This document shows positions 38,585-51,879 of a stretch of DNA of 64,000 nt, piece by piece (position 1 is the stretch's first letter; the number at the start of each line of letters is the position of its first letter). This stretch comes from Haliotis rubra (taxonomy: Eukaryota). The DNA lies in assembly GCF_003918875.1 (NCBI RefSeq), contig NW_025764891.1, positions 2,232,001-2,296,000 on the forward strand, given 5' to 3'. Below the pieces are notes generated by a model. The model was not told the DNA's origin, did no database searches, and saw only the letters and a list, made by a program, of their open reading frames with translations. The position numbers and the translations under genes are program-made.

Positions 38585-39290
38585 CAATGTTTTCAGCTAA
38601 CCATTCATACAATTGTCACAGCTATTGTTTCCATTACACCAATGTTTTCAGCTAACCATTCATACAATTGTCACAGCTATTGTTTCCATTCATACAATTG
38701 TCATAGCTATTGTTTCCATTACACCAATGTTTTCAGCTAACCATTCATACAATTGTCACAGCTATTGTTTCCATTCATACAATTGTCACAGCTATTGTTT
38801 CCATTCATACAATTGTCACAGCTATTGTTTCCATTCATACAATTGTCACAACTATTGTTTCCATTCATACAATTGTCACAGCTATTGTTTCCATTGTTTC
38901 CATTCATACAATTGTCACAGCTATTGTTTCCATTCATACAATTGTCACAACTATTGTTTCCATTGTTTCCATTCATACAATTGTCACAAGCTATTGTTTC
39001 CATTGTTTCCATTCATACAATTGTCACAACTATTGTTTCCATTGTTTCCATTCATACAATTGTCACAGCTATTGTTTCCATTGTTTCCATTCATACAATT
39101 GTCACAGTTATTGTTTCCATTCATACAATTGTCACAACTATTGTTTCCATTGTTTCCATTTATACAATTGTCACAACTATTGTTTCCATTGTTTCCATTC
39201 ATACAATTGTCACAGCTATTGTTTCCATTCATACAATTGTCACAGCTATTGTTTCCATTCATACAATTGTCACAGCTATTGTTTTCATTA
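38585..39290. repeat. 30/39-bp minisatellite
   Basis: Unit CCATTCATACAATTGTCACAGCTATTGTTT, with or without an extra CCATTGTTT. Confidence 0.95.
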
Positions 39291-39751
39291 CACCAAACGG
39301 ATTTATTTCGGAGGGAAGTTAAGACTGGCATTCTTTTGCCCTGACGTTCTACATTTAATCAGTTTTAATGTACATTGGTAGAATTCTTACGATCACTAGG
39401 GGTATTACTGTACGAGGTTGAAACAATCTTATGTAACCTCGAAAGCCTCAATTCTAGCCATTTTTTTACATTGGACAATAACGTCTGCTGGTGATGGTTT
39501 CCACTCTCAGATTCATCCCGGTTATAATCTTTGGGGTGTCAGCACCATCGCCACGCCCGTTAAACGACGACGACGACAACCGGCGTCACCTCAGACGTTC
39601 CTCTCGCACAAATAAGTCATGTCGGAAATAGTTGAAATACCCTTCAAAGACATCAAAACAAACTTCCGCACTAACTTCCTACATAATAATAAGGACAGCA
39701 GTTATCATGATGTTTGAAAATGAATATAAGTAAAAAAAAACATATACTCAC

Positions 39752-39822
39752 ACGACAGAACGATAGACCGACTGCAGTTCTCTGCCGAAGCTACCAGAGC
39801 GGGAAGAGTCGGGTGTTTTATA
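39752..39822 (-). promoter_or_regulatory. Candidate TATA box and short non-coding first exon of the DEG/ENaC gene
   Basis: TATAAAA on the minus strand at 39822-39816, GTGAGT donor at 39751. The first coding exon has a TAG acceptor 12 nt before its ATG. Confidence 0.4.
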
Positions 39823-42800
39823 GAGCGGTTTGCCATCGATCTATGGTAATGTTTACATGACTGGCTGTACAGGAGATACATAACAGAGTTGGTGTGATAT
39901 AGAATTTTGTTAACGCGGGCATGAACAGAACTTCGGCTTTATGCAGAATGTTGGTGAAAGGTGCAAGATTAAATTCCTGAGTAGTAAGTGAGTGAGTTAA
40001 CATTTAACGTCGCATGAAAAGAGCCAGCGTTCTGATGGGACATATTTCAGATTATAGCCAATCAGATCGCGGGGCAGGTCAAGGCCAAGGTCAAATAAGA
40101 ACATCGGTAATGATAAAGTATGGTTACGAGAGGTCGTAACGTTACGAACGTTTGTGCATTGGGACCCAATAATTTTGGCTAGGAATCGAGAAATTGCGGT
40201 TTTCAGAGGTTCCGAAGACCCTAGCTCCCAAAGTAATTCTTGGATTTTTGTCCTTAATGTCTCATTTTGTGTGTAAATATTTTGACTTGGTATGCGTGCA
40301 TAATTCTAATGGGGTATATACAGTGAGCATTGTTGAATTTGCCCTGAAGCGATCTCGTTACATCCCTTTCCGTTTTCCGTATATACCTTGATACCAGTAT
40401 TTTGTTACAAGCCCCCGTGATGAAACCAATTTTTCACATATACACAAATCTAAAAATGGAAAATAAAAAATAAAGAAGAAAGTCTATTATAAATTCATAG
40501 TTATTTTTACAAGCAAAATATGCTTGACGGGGAATTTTCATCGCAAAGGATACACTTAATAGGGTCATCCTTGTGTGTTTTAAGCAGATATCCGTGGGTA
40601 AACCGACCATGGCAAATACGACATCATCGTAAAATGACTGATCATGACAACCCGTGTAGGCAAGGCCGAGTTTGGTGTAAATTCATGGAGTTGATGATTT
40701 CTACTTGGCTACCCTACTGCTTTAGCATAGTTTTAATCACTATACATACGATATAGGATGAGAAGGTAACGGTTTGTCTATGCTATACCAACAGTACTGT
40801 TTCCTGCCATTGCTGTGGCCTACACCGCCCCTGCTACTCTGGTCTCCTATTGCTGCGGCTAAGGTTACCCTAGTTTACTATTATACTAGCCTACTATTCG
40901 GGTCTAGTGTTGCTGTAACTGGAGCTGTATCCGCTATTGTTGCAGAAAATTCATTTAAAAATGAAGTATACTTTTCGACTTTTCAAGAAAAGAAACTGAC
41001 TACCACAAAACCTAAGTTGTTACACAGTATATTTCTTTTAAAATATTTGGTCTCACATTTTTATTTAAACATATGAGTTGGGGTTGGTGTTATCTGAAAT
41101 AATCTTTATTCAACCTACAAAATCCCTAGCCCCCAACTCACAGAATATCAAATACTTGGTCCGGAAACCGTCCACATTATAATGATCGACCCGAGGAGTA
41201 ATCCAAGTAATTTATCATACCAAACTATTTGCATGTCGAGTTGTTATAAAACAAACGCTGACGGCAATTAGCAGTTCTCAAAGCTCGTAAGCGCATCAAC
41301 AAACACATTAAATCTTTATCGTCAACTGATGGCGTTTTGGGCTACGAACACATTCGATATACCGGAGTCTTCTTTCTTTATGGTCACTTAGAAAGTATTG
41401 GATACACCATTACTGCAGTTGTTCCTAAGTACCCAATTATTTACATAACGGTCATACAATATCACACTGTTGTCATGCTAAATGATCAGCATCCGTTTGA
41501 ATACTGAACATTTACCAAAAGGCAAATATGCAAGAAAACCCTATACGAGTTCACTATGTTAAAGTGTAAGAAGATATTTCTTGGGAAATTGCACGTTTTT
41601 ATTATGGTCCTCAGTTATCATTTTGATGATTTCTTTATCTTTCCATCATGCAAAAAACGATTCTCATAATTGATGTGTCAAGTGTATATTGTAATAGGGT
41701 GGCATCTGATCATCCCTATCAACGGTCGAGTAGTATATTTCAGTGTGATGACGTTTACGTTGTCTTTTTATGTTTTGAACCACAAGTGTGTCTCTCTACA
41801 TTGTCTTTCATTGTGGATCAGAGGTTGCTTTGAAGATGTAGTCTCCAGTCACATAAATACCCACACTCCGGCGCAGTGATGACAGCATAACATCACTCCC
41901 ACAGGCTAATTTGCATATCACGTGACCGGACCTTTCTCTTGTTTGTAAACAAACGCGTATATTCATAATAAGAAGAGACTGGCCTTAGGCAAGCTTTTCG
42001 GCGCGCTCTTCACGATGTTTTACATTGTACATATATATTCTTCCACAAATACGACAGTAAGGTTTATGACAGTACATATTTAGATATCAATCTGGTTGCA
42101 TCGTTTGCTCTCCATCAGCTTCGATGACAGCACGTGGCGCCGTACAACCTATGTAAACAAAGGATCACTACACAAATCGAAATAGTGTTACATGTGTTAA
42201 GATATTTTCTCAGTGAAACTCAACCATTCTATCAAAGATGTTTAATTGGATGTGTAGACTCGTCAAAAATAAAGGAGTTAAGAAATATGTAGATTATGTT
42301 GAATGGACGGTGCAAGATGTAACGAATCGTCACAGAGGTACCATGTGGCAGAGGTACGTACTATGCTGGCTTACCGCATGGAACTCTGGGTAGGAGAGTG
42401 AAAGATACCACAAGCCCAAATGTTTACAAATGTCTGCCTGTCAATAAACTGAGTGAGTGCGATTTGGCATGTGGTTTTAGGGACACATGAAATGGACTTC
42501 ACACATTGTACCCATGTGGAGAATCGAACCAGGGTCGTCGTTGTGGCGAGTGAACGCTTTTACCACAAGGCTACCCTATCGACCGACCAGGAGAGAAGTG
42601 AGTGAGTGAGTATGATTTTACGCTGTTTTTATGAAATGGACTTCATACATTTTACCCATGAGGGTTATCGAACCCGCAGAGACGACGTGACGAATGAACG
42701 CTATAACCACTAGGCTACTCCACCGCCCGACCAGCAGAGAAGAAAACACAGTGACTATACATGTCACATGTTTTTTAAAGGGACCTTTCAGTGCATCTCG

Positions 42801-43502
42801 GAGGAATGACTGGTTACGTCCATCTTCAGCACCATCTTTCAGAGCGCTCATATGGTTCAGGCAGTAGAAAGAGCGAGTGAGTATTGTTTTTCGCCGCTTT
42901 AAGCAATATTCCAGCAATATCACGGCGGGGGAAACCAGAAAGGGGGTTCACACATTGTATCCATGTAAGGGATCGAGCCTGGGTCTTGGGCCTGGTGAAC
43001 AAACGTTTAAACCACTAAGCTACCCCACCGCCACACAGAAAGAAACTACCACACAGGTGTTGAGAATGAGTTTTAATACTGTTTGAAAGATATGTGTACA
43101 AACAATATGCTGCTTTCAATTACAACATCAGCTGTACAGTAAATACAAAATACAAAATTTTGTAATTTGTATTACAAACGATTTGAACGCATTTTATCAT
43201 ATTTACAAGATGATTGATTGAACGTATTTACAATACAAGTGTATTCACAAACTTTTTAAAGAAAATAGGCTTTTTCTATTGAGTATCCATGACAACGCCA
43301 TATCTACTCCAGCCAGTAGTAACAGTCACTCAGAAAGTTGGTCACATGAGACACAAGTCCTGGAATCTCCCTGACAAATGACCTATGACTTCTTGGTTTC
43401 TGTTCACGCTGTTTCTTTGGTTTCAAAGCAGCTATTTTCTCAGTTGCTGTAACTGAAAACATAAGAGATGAAATTTGTTAAACTGCAAGAATAATATACT
43501 TT

Positions 43503-45647
43503 CTAAACGGAAAAAATGGACAGAGAACAGTCCAGGCAGAACTGGTTCACCGCCAGGCACTCCTGCAAAGATTCGTAAACAATGCTCTGACTTTGTGTAA
43601 ACATAAGAGATGAAGTCTGTGAAACACTGCAGTGAGTGAGTGAGTTTAGTTTTAAGCCTCAGTTTTAATACCCCAGCAACATCACGGCAGGGGACACTAG
43701 AGATGGGCTTCACACATTATACCCATGTGGGGAATCGAACCCGGGTCGAAAGCATTAACCACTAGGCTACCACACACGCCCCTGAAACACTAAAGGAACA
43801 CTAATTTCTAAAGGGACAGAATGGAGAGACAATCCGTTAGTCGCCTGTTACAAGCATGGGTTGCTGAAGACCAATTTTAAACCGGATCTTTACGGGTATT
43901 AAAACAGTTTGACGAAAGCCAGTTGTAAGGGTAAGTGAGCGAGATAGGGTGGATGGGTGGGTTAGTGAGTGAGTCAGTGGCATCACAAGGAGCGTCACCC
44001 TTATGAAGAGAAAAATCCTGTTTTGACGCAGACCGCAGATCTCTATCAAGCTGGTCAAAACAAACCGCATGGGTTTGAAGCAGTTAAACTCAAGTGTCAT
44101 AGTTACAGCTAAACCTGGATCTCGAACTCACTGTTAAGTGTACTGACGTCACTAAGGGATTAAAATCGGTTGCCTGCACAACAGGACCACACGTGTCCCT
44201 TTTCGAAAAGGCAGATAATTAAGAGAATATATATGTACGTACTGACAAATGGTTTCTTGTTCGTCTCCTGTCGTGACCGCAACCCAGATGTCACGTGACC
44301 CGAAGATCATTAGCATTTGAGCCCGCGATCAGCGGATCCTCACAAACCCAAGGGATGTAACTGTAAGTTACAGCAAATTGCAAACTGTTCTTTGCATGAA
44401 CTTTCAGATAAAAAAGAAAAGAGTGTACTCACTGACAAATGGTTTCTTGTTTGTCTCCTGTCGTGACCGCCACCCAGATGTCACGTGACTCATCTCCGAG
44501 CTCACGAGCTCATCACAGTTCTCCACGGCATCATAGAACTTGGCCACCTTGGCTATGTCGATCGTCTGCTCCTGAATGATGGTGGAGTGGGACAAGGTGG
44601 ACGATGGCATGTTCCAGGGTGCCCGGATGGAGAGCTGCTCGCAGTTGGTGGAGATAAATCTGTTGGCACACTCCTCCCATCTCTTCACCTTCCTCGTCTT
44701 CACATCGACGACAGCCCACTTCCACTGGTAGTCACGGTGGACGTCCAGTAGAGTATTTGCCTGAAATACAATATGTAACGAATTACGATAGTGACATCAT
44801 TAATGGGCTCTAACTAAAATTGTGATGTATCTGATCTATGAAGACGATTTGTTGTTATTTATATCCAAGTGGTTTAGACTTTGAAATATATTTTAGCCAC
44901 CATGAGCACCGTTATGTTGCGCTTGTGTACCTACCCGCCATTGGCCTGATTTCTCCGGGTACTCGTGAGCCATCAATGCTTTCCAAGACATAGCTCCGAG
45001 CCTACAACAGCGAGAGCTTCCCCCGCACCACAGTAGTAGTGGGTCTCCAGCCTCAGGGCGCAGGTCTGGGAGACAAAGTAGTTCGGGTCCCGTCCCCAGG
45101 ATGCATACATCACCCCTCCGTGGTAGGACAGTCGCGTCCTGAAATAACAGATAGGTGCATTTCAGTACACGTAGGCCATTACTAACTGTTATCTGTTTGT
45201 CCCCTTCTTTTCTTAAATATACTTTTATGAAAGTGTAATTCCAGGAAAGGGATTTGCATCGTGTTATTTTCTTTAAAAACAGTGGTTTCTTAAATTTTGA
45301 TAATGAAGCATACCATTAACGCATTTTAGAGAAATGGGGAAAAATTCCATTACCTTCTGTCCTGTGCGGGATCCCAGAAGAGGAGCTTCTTGTCATCAGC
45401 CACCAGCCACGACCACTCAAAGGACGATGACACAGGAAGTTCAGCACTGACCTCCCACACGCCACTTTCAAAAGAGGAAGCTTTCAATCAGCTGTTTCTC
45501 AAGTTTCCACCTGCCGAGCTCACGGATGGAACCGAGGAGGGCAACATTGACGGCATTTCTTCTGCCCCCTTCGTCTTTAAGACACTTTTCAACATAGTCT
45601 GGTAGATGGTACAGCTTGAAAACGATCTTCACCGAGTCCGGAGCCAT
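43503..45647 (-). pseudogene. Tandem-CBM20 (starch/glycogen-binding) protein gene, copy A; frame-disrupted as assembled
   Basis: Exons 45647-45354, 45138-44935, 44760-44437, 43562-43503. CBM20 signatures VALLGSIRELGRW..GVWEVSAELP..FEWSWLV..WDPAQDR and LAVVGSE..LG..SGQW..YQWKWAVV..RWEECANR. +1 break at TTT-TGA (45468-45473) and a 16-bp deletion in exon 2 relative to copy B. Confidence 0.75.
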
Positions 45648-45732
45648 ATTTAACTCAGACATTCCCAAACTTCAAAGTTCAAAACGAGAGAGACGTATGT
45701 GTCTCCAGGAATGTGTCACCAAGGTATGACTG

Positions 45733-45790
45733 TGACGTCATAGACGGGGTCACGTGACGTTATTGGCAATGTTTGGCCGTCATGACGTCA
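45733..45790. promoter_or_regulatory. CRE + CLEAR/E-box cluster upstream of CBM20 copy A
   Basis: TGACGTCA at 45733 and 45783; GTCACGTGAC at 45749. Confidence 0.65.
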
Positions 45791-45841
45791 TATACAATAG
45801 GTTTCTTTGTACATCCACATTGTTACGTCTTTCAATACCAG

Positions 45842-46396
45842 GGGCCGGATTCACTAAACTTCTTAGAATATTCTTAACCCTTAAGAATTCTTAGTTCTAC
45901 TAAGAATTCTTAGTTTCCATAGCAACTTATCTAAAACTAAGATTTTTGCTTAAGCAATATTCATCAAACCTCTTAGTGCTTAAGATTTTTTTCTTAACTT
46001 AAGAATCCTCCGTAGGTTACTTAAGCACTAAGAATTTTCTTAAAGTAAACAAAGATGGCCGCCAATGCATTCATCGATAGAACCAACATTTTAGAAAAAT
46101 ACACAGAAACAGAGTTGTCACGAACATTTAGATTATCAAAAAGATGGTATACAATTTGTAGTAAGTCTCATTTCCAATGAAATTTCACCTCTCACTCAAA
46201 GAAGTCATCCTTTATCAGCTATAATCCCATGCGTTTCTCACTAAGAAAATTCTAAGAATTTTAAAATATCTCAGCTATGATTTATGCTTAGTGGCTTGGT
46301 GGATTGCTACTTAAGAAAAATTCTCAGCTAAGAATTCTTAAGGAAACTTAAGCATAAAAACTAAGAAAATTCTAAGAAGTTTAGTGAATCCGGCCC
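45842..46396 (+). mobile_element. Non-autonomous PIF/Harbinger element
   Basis: TIR GGGCCGGATTCACTAAACTTCTTAGAA and 3-bp TSD CAG. Internal remnant MAANAFIDRTNILEKYTETELSRTFRLS..TQRSHPLS resembles a Harbinger transposase N-terminus. Confidence 0.85.
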
Positions 46397-46822
46397 CAGA
46401 CTTCACTCTCCAACATAGTAACACTACCACAGGCCAGGGGAGTGAAGATTCGCCATATATGTTTCATCTATTTCAGTTCACACATGTCTGCACCTTTACA
46501 TAAGCTCATGTCATGAAATGGATAATTTTCATTGAGAAAATATCCTAAAATGTGAAAAACTATTTCCAACTGCGTACTTTTCTTTTGTATACGTATCCAC
46601 GTATAGGCATGGAAGCCTACGGGTAGCACAATATACGGTCATTTAATGTGTATAAATATATATAATTGATATACTCCTAACAGTCGATGCTGCAGTGGTA
46701 GTTATCTTTCTAATTATACAAAATAATATGAAAATCGGCCTGAAAGGTTTCTTTCAAGTCGGACTGAAATGATTTCGGAAAAAGAGGTGCAATGCTAAGT
46801 CATCAACTGAAATCCAGGCATA

Positions 46823-47124
46823 CAGTCTGTCTGACTAGAAAGTGTCGCCCATGAATTTCTAAATATATCAGTTTAGAAAGGTAGTTGATAAATATTACGA
46901 GACAAGATGTTCGTGAATAACCTAACACCTTTTCATCTACTATAAAATTGGCATGCATCACTGAAAAGGTTGTTGCACAAACTATCATAATTATTAACAT
47001 GATTGTTGACAGTTGGCGCAGAGAGGCGCACGGCCGCAACGGGAGTAGACAGGTGCATAATAACTACCTTTCTAAACTGACATATTTAGCAATTCATGGG
47101 GACACTTTCTAGTCAAACAGACTG
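46823..47124. mobile_element. TA-flanked MITE with ~65-bp TIRs
   Basis: TA|CAGTCTGTCTGACTAGAAAGTGTC... and ...GACACTTTCTAGTCAAACAGACTG|TA. Confidence 0.8.
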
Positions 47125-49778
47125 TAGACGGTGTTGACTTTTTACTATTTAATCACTTCATAAGATATTACTAATCCATTTACGCTATATTAAAATGTAA
47201 TATTAATGTAATAAAATATTTCTTGACATTGCTGTCCAAATTATTAGTTATCTGTCGATCGAAATCTTATAACAAAGAACTTGCAGCATTATGAAGACAA
47301 CAACTTGTACTATTACGGTCCATTTAGGGATCAAGAAAAAGAATCTGGGATAAAAAAACTCTTTGATTGATGTGAAGAAAACAACTCAGTGTTATCCTCA
47401 CTCAACTATGGCCGAAAAGAGAAAGATGTAATAGTTTAAAGGGTTTTTTGCAACATGAAAATAATTAACCCTTTGATAAAGTTTCTGTAATTCTGTATAT
47501 ACGACAGGTCAAACATGACTACACACCTGTTAGATTGTGGCTAAAAATGAAACCAACAAGATTTAGTTATTTGATGATGATGATGATGATGATGATCGTT
47601 TTGATGACATCTGTACAATTTTATTCAAAATAAATTTTGGAGTGTATACGTTTTTGCCCTTCAATTCATAACATTAAAAAATTCTGTCTTGGAGAACTTT
47701 TGCATCATATCAGCGGACTACATTGTTGATTTTTTTCCCCTTACACAACTAAACCTATGTTCCATTTTTTTTTACATTTTGGTTTTGTCGATAATTTAGT
47801 GTACAAGACAACGTTCTGTACATTAGTATACTCTCCCAAAAGTGAGTGAGTGAGTTTACTTTTACTTTTAGTAATATTCCAGAATCACACGGTGGGGAAC
47901 ACCAGAAATGGGCTTCACACATTGTACCCATGTAGGGAATCGAACCCGGGTCTTCGACGTGACGAGCGAACGCTTTAACCACTTGGCTACCTCACCGCCC
48001 AGAATACAGAAGCAGCTGATGTGAAAGTTAAATTGATCGGTTGTTCCCATCAGACGCTACAATCAGGATCCTAAAACTTAGATGCAGAAAATATTGATAT
48101 TTTTGTGGCCAATATTTTGAGTAAGAGTGAAATGTGAAATATTGCTGAGAATGTACATTAAAAATATATAGTGCTTGGCTTCTCCCCTGAAACGAATAAA
48201 AATAATTAAATCAAATCGGCTAGTCTTCCTTCTCACTTTGGTGGCTGTGTTGTCCCAAAGTTTAACAGTGCTGCTTTTCCAATATTGATTGAATGTACAG
48301 CACATTCCCACTGATCCAATGTACCATAAAATCCCTTAAACTACGCCCCGGTGTGTCCCCTGGAAACATACACTGCTGGACAAAAGAAAGCATACACGTC
48401 AATTTCATTCAGTCATTACAAACAGTCACTTATAGGGTCAAAACACAGCTTTACCTTACCATACATCCCCTCGAATAACCATTTCTATTCTGTTTCATTT
48501 TGAATCACCGTCGAATTTCGTTAACCAGCAGATCATGTTGACGTGTCAACATAGACATTGTATATACTTCACGGGGATGTTAATCCTGTAAGTTTTGACT
48601 ATGTGTGATATAGGGGTATGAGTGAGAATGGTTTTATCCGACCATAGCAATGTTCCAGCAATATCACGGCGGGGGGACACCAGCAATGTGATTCACACAT
48701 TGTACCCATGTGGGGAATCGAACCCGGGCCTTCGGCATGATCACTAGGATATCTCGCCGCCCGAGATAGAAAGTAGTCTATCATACCACATTTGTTTTTA
48801 TCGAGCAGAGGAGAGCATGTGTAAACGTTGCTCTGCGCCGAAGGTAACAATAGCATCCTTAAATCATAGCATTATGATTAAATATATAAATTAGATTAAG
48901 GTGTACGGACAAATGTTAATAACCTACTTTCTATTTTGAATTAACTACTAACTACTTATTCCTATGTTAACAAATTCACTCGGATCACGCACGAAAACAC
49001 ACTCGGTGAAACAATGTACAACATGAAAAGTTTGCAAGGGTTTATGAGTCCTTTCGAATTAATCCCCGCATATACAGGCACGGTACACAGTGCCTACACG
49101 CCAGTCACTGCTTAAAATAATCCACCGCATAATATGAAATTTCATTTCTTCGTAACATGCACGGTGTGATCAACTCACATTTCATCCTCGCAACACCAGT
49201 AACATTCCACTTGGAAGTTTGGGGCTCCTGCAACTCAAGAAGGCTAAGGTCGAGAAGAGTAGTCTCCCCTCGATAGTGCATGTAACCACGGCAATGTCAC
49301 ATTCAAGCACACGGGCTACACTTAATAACAGACACTCATTAGTGCTGACTCCGGTCTATGGGGGAACAAAATCGTCGTTTTAGACTGTTTAAGACATTTT
49401 CTTTGATCTAATCTAATTTGTACTGACATTATGGCCTTGATAATGTACATATGTGGCAGAAACGTTTTTGTGGAGGATCGTAATGATTAGGAAACCCAAG
49501 TGACGTCACTCATTCATAAACGTTGCGTTGTGTATTTTTGCGTCACTACGATATGAAAATATGAACTGAATCTTTCCGATCATAAAATGGTGCGATTTTA
49601 TGGTGTATAAGAAGCAGATTACTGTATTCGTGTCTGTCATATACCATCATTTATCTTACAACTCGTGACCGGCTGTTTCCAAACGGATCTAACTCGCTTT
49701 AGCTCGTTACATATCTAACAGACAAGAGAAAGCAATGTCATAATAATAGCGTCATAATAATTAAGCCATGACCGAGAC

Positions 49779-49855
49779 GTCACGTGATCCTATCTGTGAC
49801 GTCATGAGGGCCAAAACAGTGTCAATAACGTCACGTGACCCTGCCTATGACGTCA
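49779..49855. promoter_or_regulatory. CRE + CLEAR/E-box cluster upstream of CBM20 copy B
   Basis: GTCACGTGAT at 49779, TGACGTCA at 49797, GTCACGTGAC at 49830, TGACGTCA at 49848. Confidence 0.65.
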
Positions 49856-49965
49856 CAGTCATATCTTGGTGACACTCATTCCTGGAGACACAACGCTTGC
49901 GTCAAGTCACAAAAATACGTCTCTCTCGTTTTGAACTTTGAAGTTTGGAAACGTATGAATTAGAT

Positions 49966-51879
49966 ATGGCTCCGGTCTTGGTGAACGTCGTTTTCAAGCT
50001 GTACCATCTACCAGACTATGTTGAAAAGTGTCTTAAAGACGAAGGGGGCAGAAAAAATGCCGTCAATGTTGCCCTCCTCGGTTCCATCCGTGAGCTCGGC
50101 AGGTGGAAACTTGAGAAACAGCTGATTGCCAGAGCAATCTTCTGAAAGTGGCGTGTGGGAGGTCAGTGCTGAACTTCCGGTGTCATCGTCCTTTGAGTGG
50201 TCGTGGTTGGTAGCTGATGACAAGAAGGTCGTCTTCTGGGATCCCGCACAGGTCAGAAGGTAATGGAATTTTTCCCCATTTCTCTAAAATGCTTTAATGG
50301 TATGCTTCATTATCAAAATTTAAGAAACCACTGTTTTTAAAGAAAATAACACGATGCAAATCCCTTTCCTGGAATTACACTTTCATAAAAGTATATTTAA
50401 TAGAAGAAGGGGACAAACAGATAACAGTTAGTAATGGCCTACGTGTATTGAAATGCACCTATCTGTTATTTCAGGACGCGACTGTCCTACCACGAAGGGG
50501 TGATGTATGCATCCTGGGGACGGGACCCGAACTACTTTGTCTCCCAGACCTGCGCCCTGAAGCTGGAGACCCACTACTACTGTGGGGCAGGGGAAGCTCT
50601 CGCTGTTGTAGGCTCGGAGCCATGTCTTGGATCCTGGAAGTCTAAGAAAGCATTGATGGATCAAGAGTACCCGGAGAAATCAGGCCAGTGGCGGGTAGGT
50701 ACACAAGCGCAGCATAACGGTGCTCATGGTGGCTAAAATATATCAGCTCCTAATAGCTAGTTTAAAAATATATTCAAAAATCTAAACCACTTGGATATAA
50801 ATAACCACAAATCGTATTCATAGATCAGATATATCACAGTTTTAGTTAGAGCCCATTAGTGATGTCACTACAGTACTTCGTTACATATTGTATTTCAGGC
50901 AAATACTCTACTGGACGTCCACCGTGACTACCAGTGGAAGTGGGCTGTCGTCGATGTGAAGACGAGAAAGGTGAAGAGATGGGAGGAGTGTGCCAATAGA
51001 TTCATCTCACCAACTGCGAGCAGCTCTCCATCCGGGCACCCTGGAACATGCCATCGTCCACCTTGTCCCACTCCACCATCATTCAGGAGCAGACAATCGA
51101 CATGGCCAAGGTGGCCAAGTTCTACGATGCCGTGGAGAACTGTGATGATCTCGTGAGCCCGGAGATGAGTCATGTGACATCTGGGTGGCGGTCACGACAG
51201 GAGACAAACCAGAAACCATTTGTCAGTGAGAACAGTCTTTTCATTTTTTTATCTGAAAGTTCATGCAAAGAACAGTTTGCAATTTGCTGTAATTTACCCT
51301 TGGGTTTGTGGGATCCGCTGATCGCGGGTTCAAATGCTAATGATCTTCAGCACCACATCTGTGCTGGATGGTTATTGGCGTCTCGTTTGGTTTTCAATCA
51401 GTAGTATGTGTCTTACAGTGTTGAATGAGTAATCAGGTTAGACTCCTGACCTCTGTGAAATGGCAGAACCAGAATAACATTATTCAAAAGTATGAAACTG
51501 GTAACTTCTTTGAGAGGCATTTAGCATTTGGGGCATTAAGGATGGATAACAATATATGGATGAACAACTTGCTTGATAACACCTGCACCGAAACGTCGCT
51601 GTTACTGTAATAATGAGGTTGTTAATCCATATATTGTTACTCATCGTTATGATACTGCTACACGTGTAAATTCTGCATCATGTTCCCTCCCATGTCGTTA
51701 TAACATTTCGTAATATACATGTATATGAAATATGTTTCGATGTTTACCCAAACTCACTCACTCGCTCACTCAAAACGTGGGATACACAAAGTAAAAGCAT
51801 TATTTACGAATCTTTGCAGGAGTGTCTGGCGGTCAACCAGTTCACCCTGGACTGTTCTCTGTCCATTTTGTCCGTTTAG
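49966..51879 (+). pseudogene. Tandem-CBM20 protein gene, copy B (~298 aa if repaired); frame-disrupted as assembled
   Basis: Exons 49966-50259, 50475-50694, 50899-51221, 51820-51879. Same two CBM20 repeats. +1 break at TTC-TGA (50140-50145) and a 1-nt deletion near 51008 relative to copy A. Confidence 0.75.

Noticed and set aside
38613-39381. Cys/His- and Asn-rich repetitive ORFs on both strands
   Set aside because: Translations of the 30/39-bp minisatellite; no splice or codon evidence.
45390-45605. Paired 71-aa ORFs MSSAT.HDHSKDDD (also 50008-50223), open in both duplicates
   Set aside because: Antisense shadow of CBM20 exon 1, no ATG start, and similarity is explained by the duplication.
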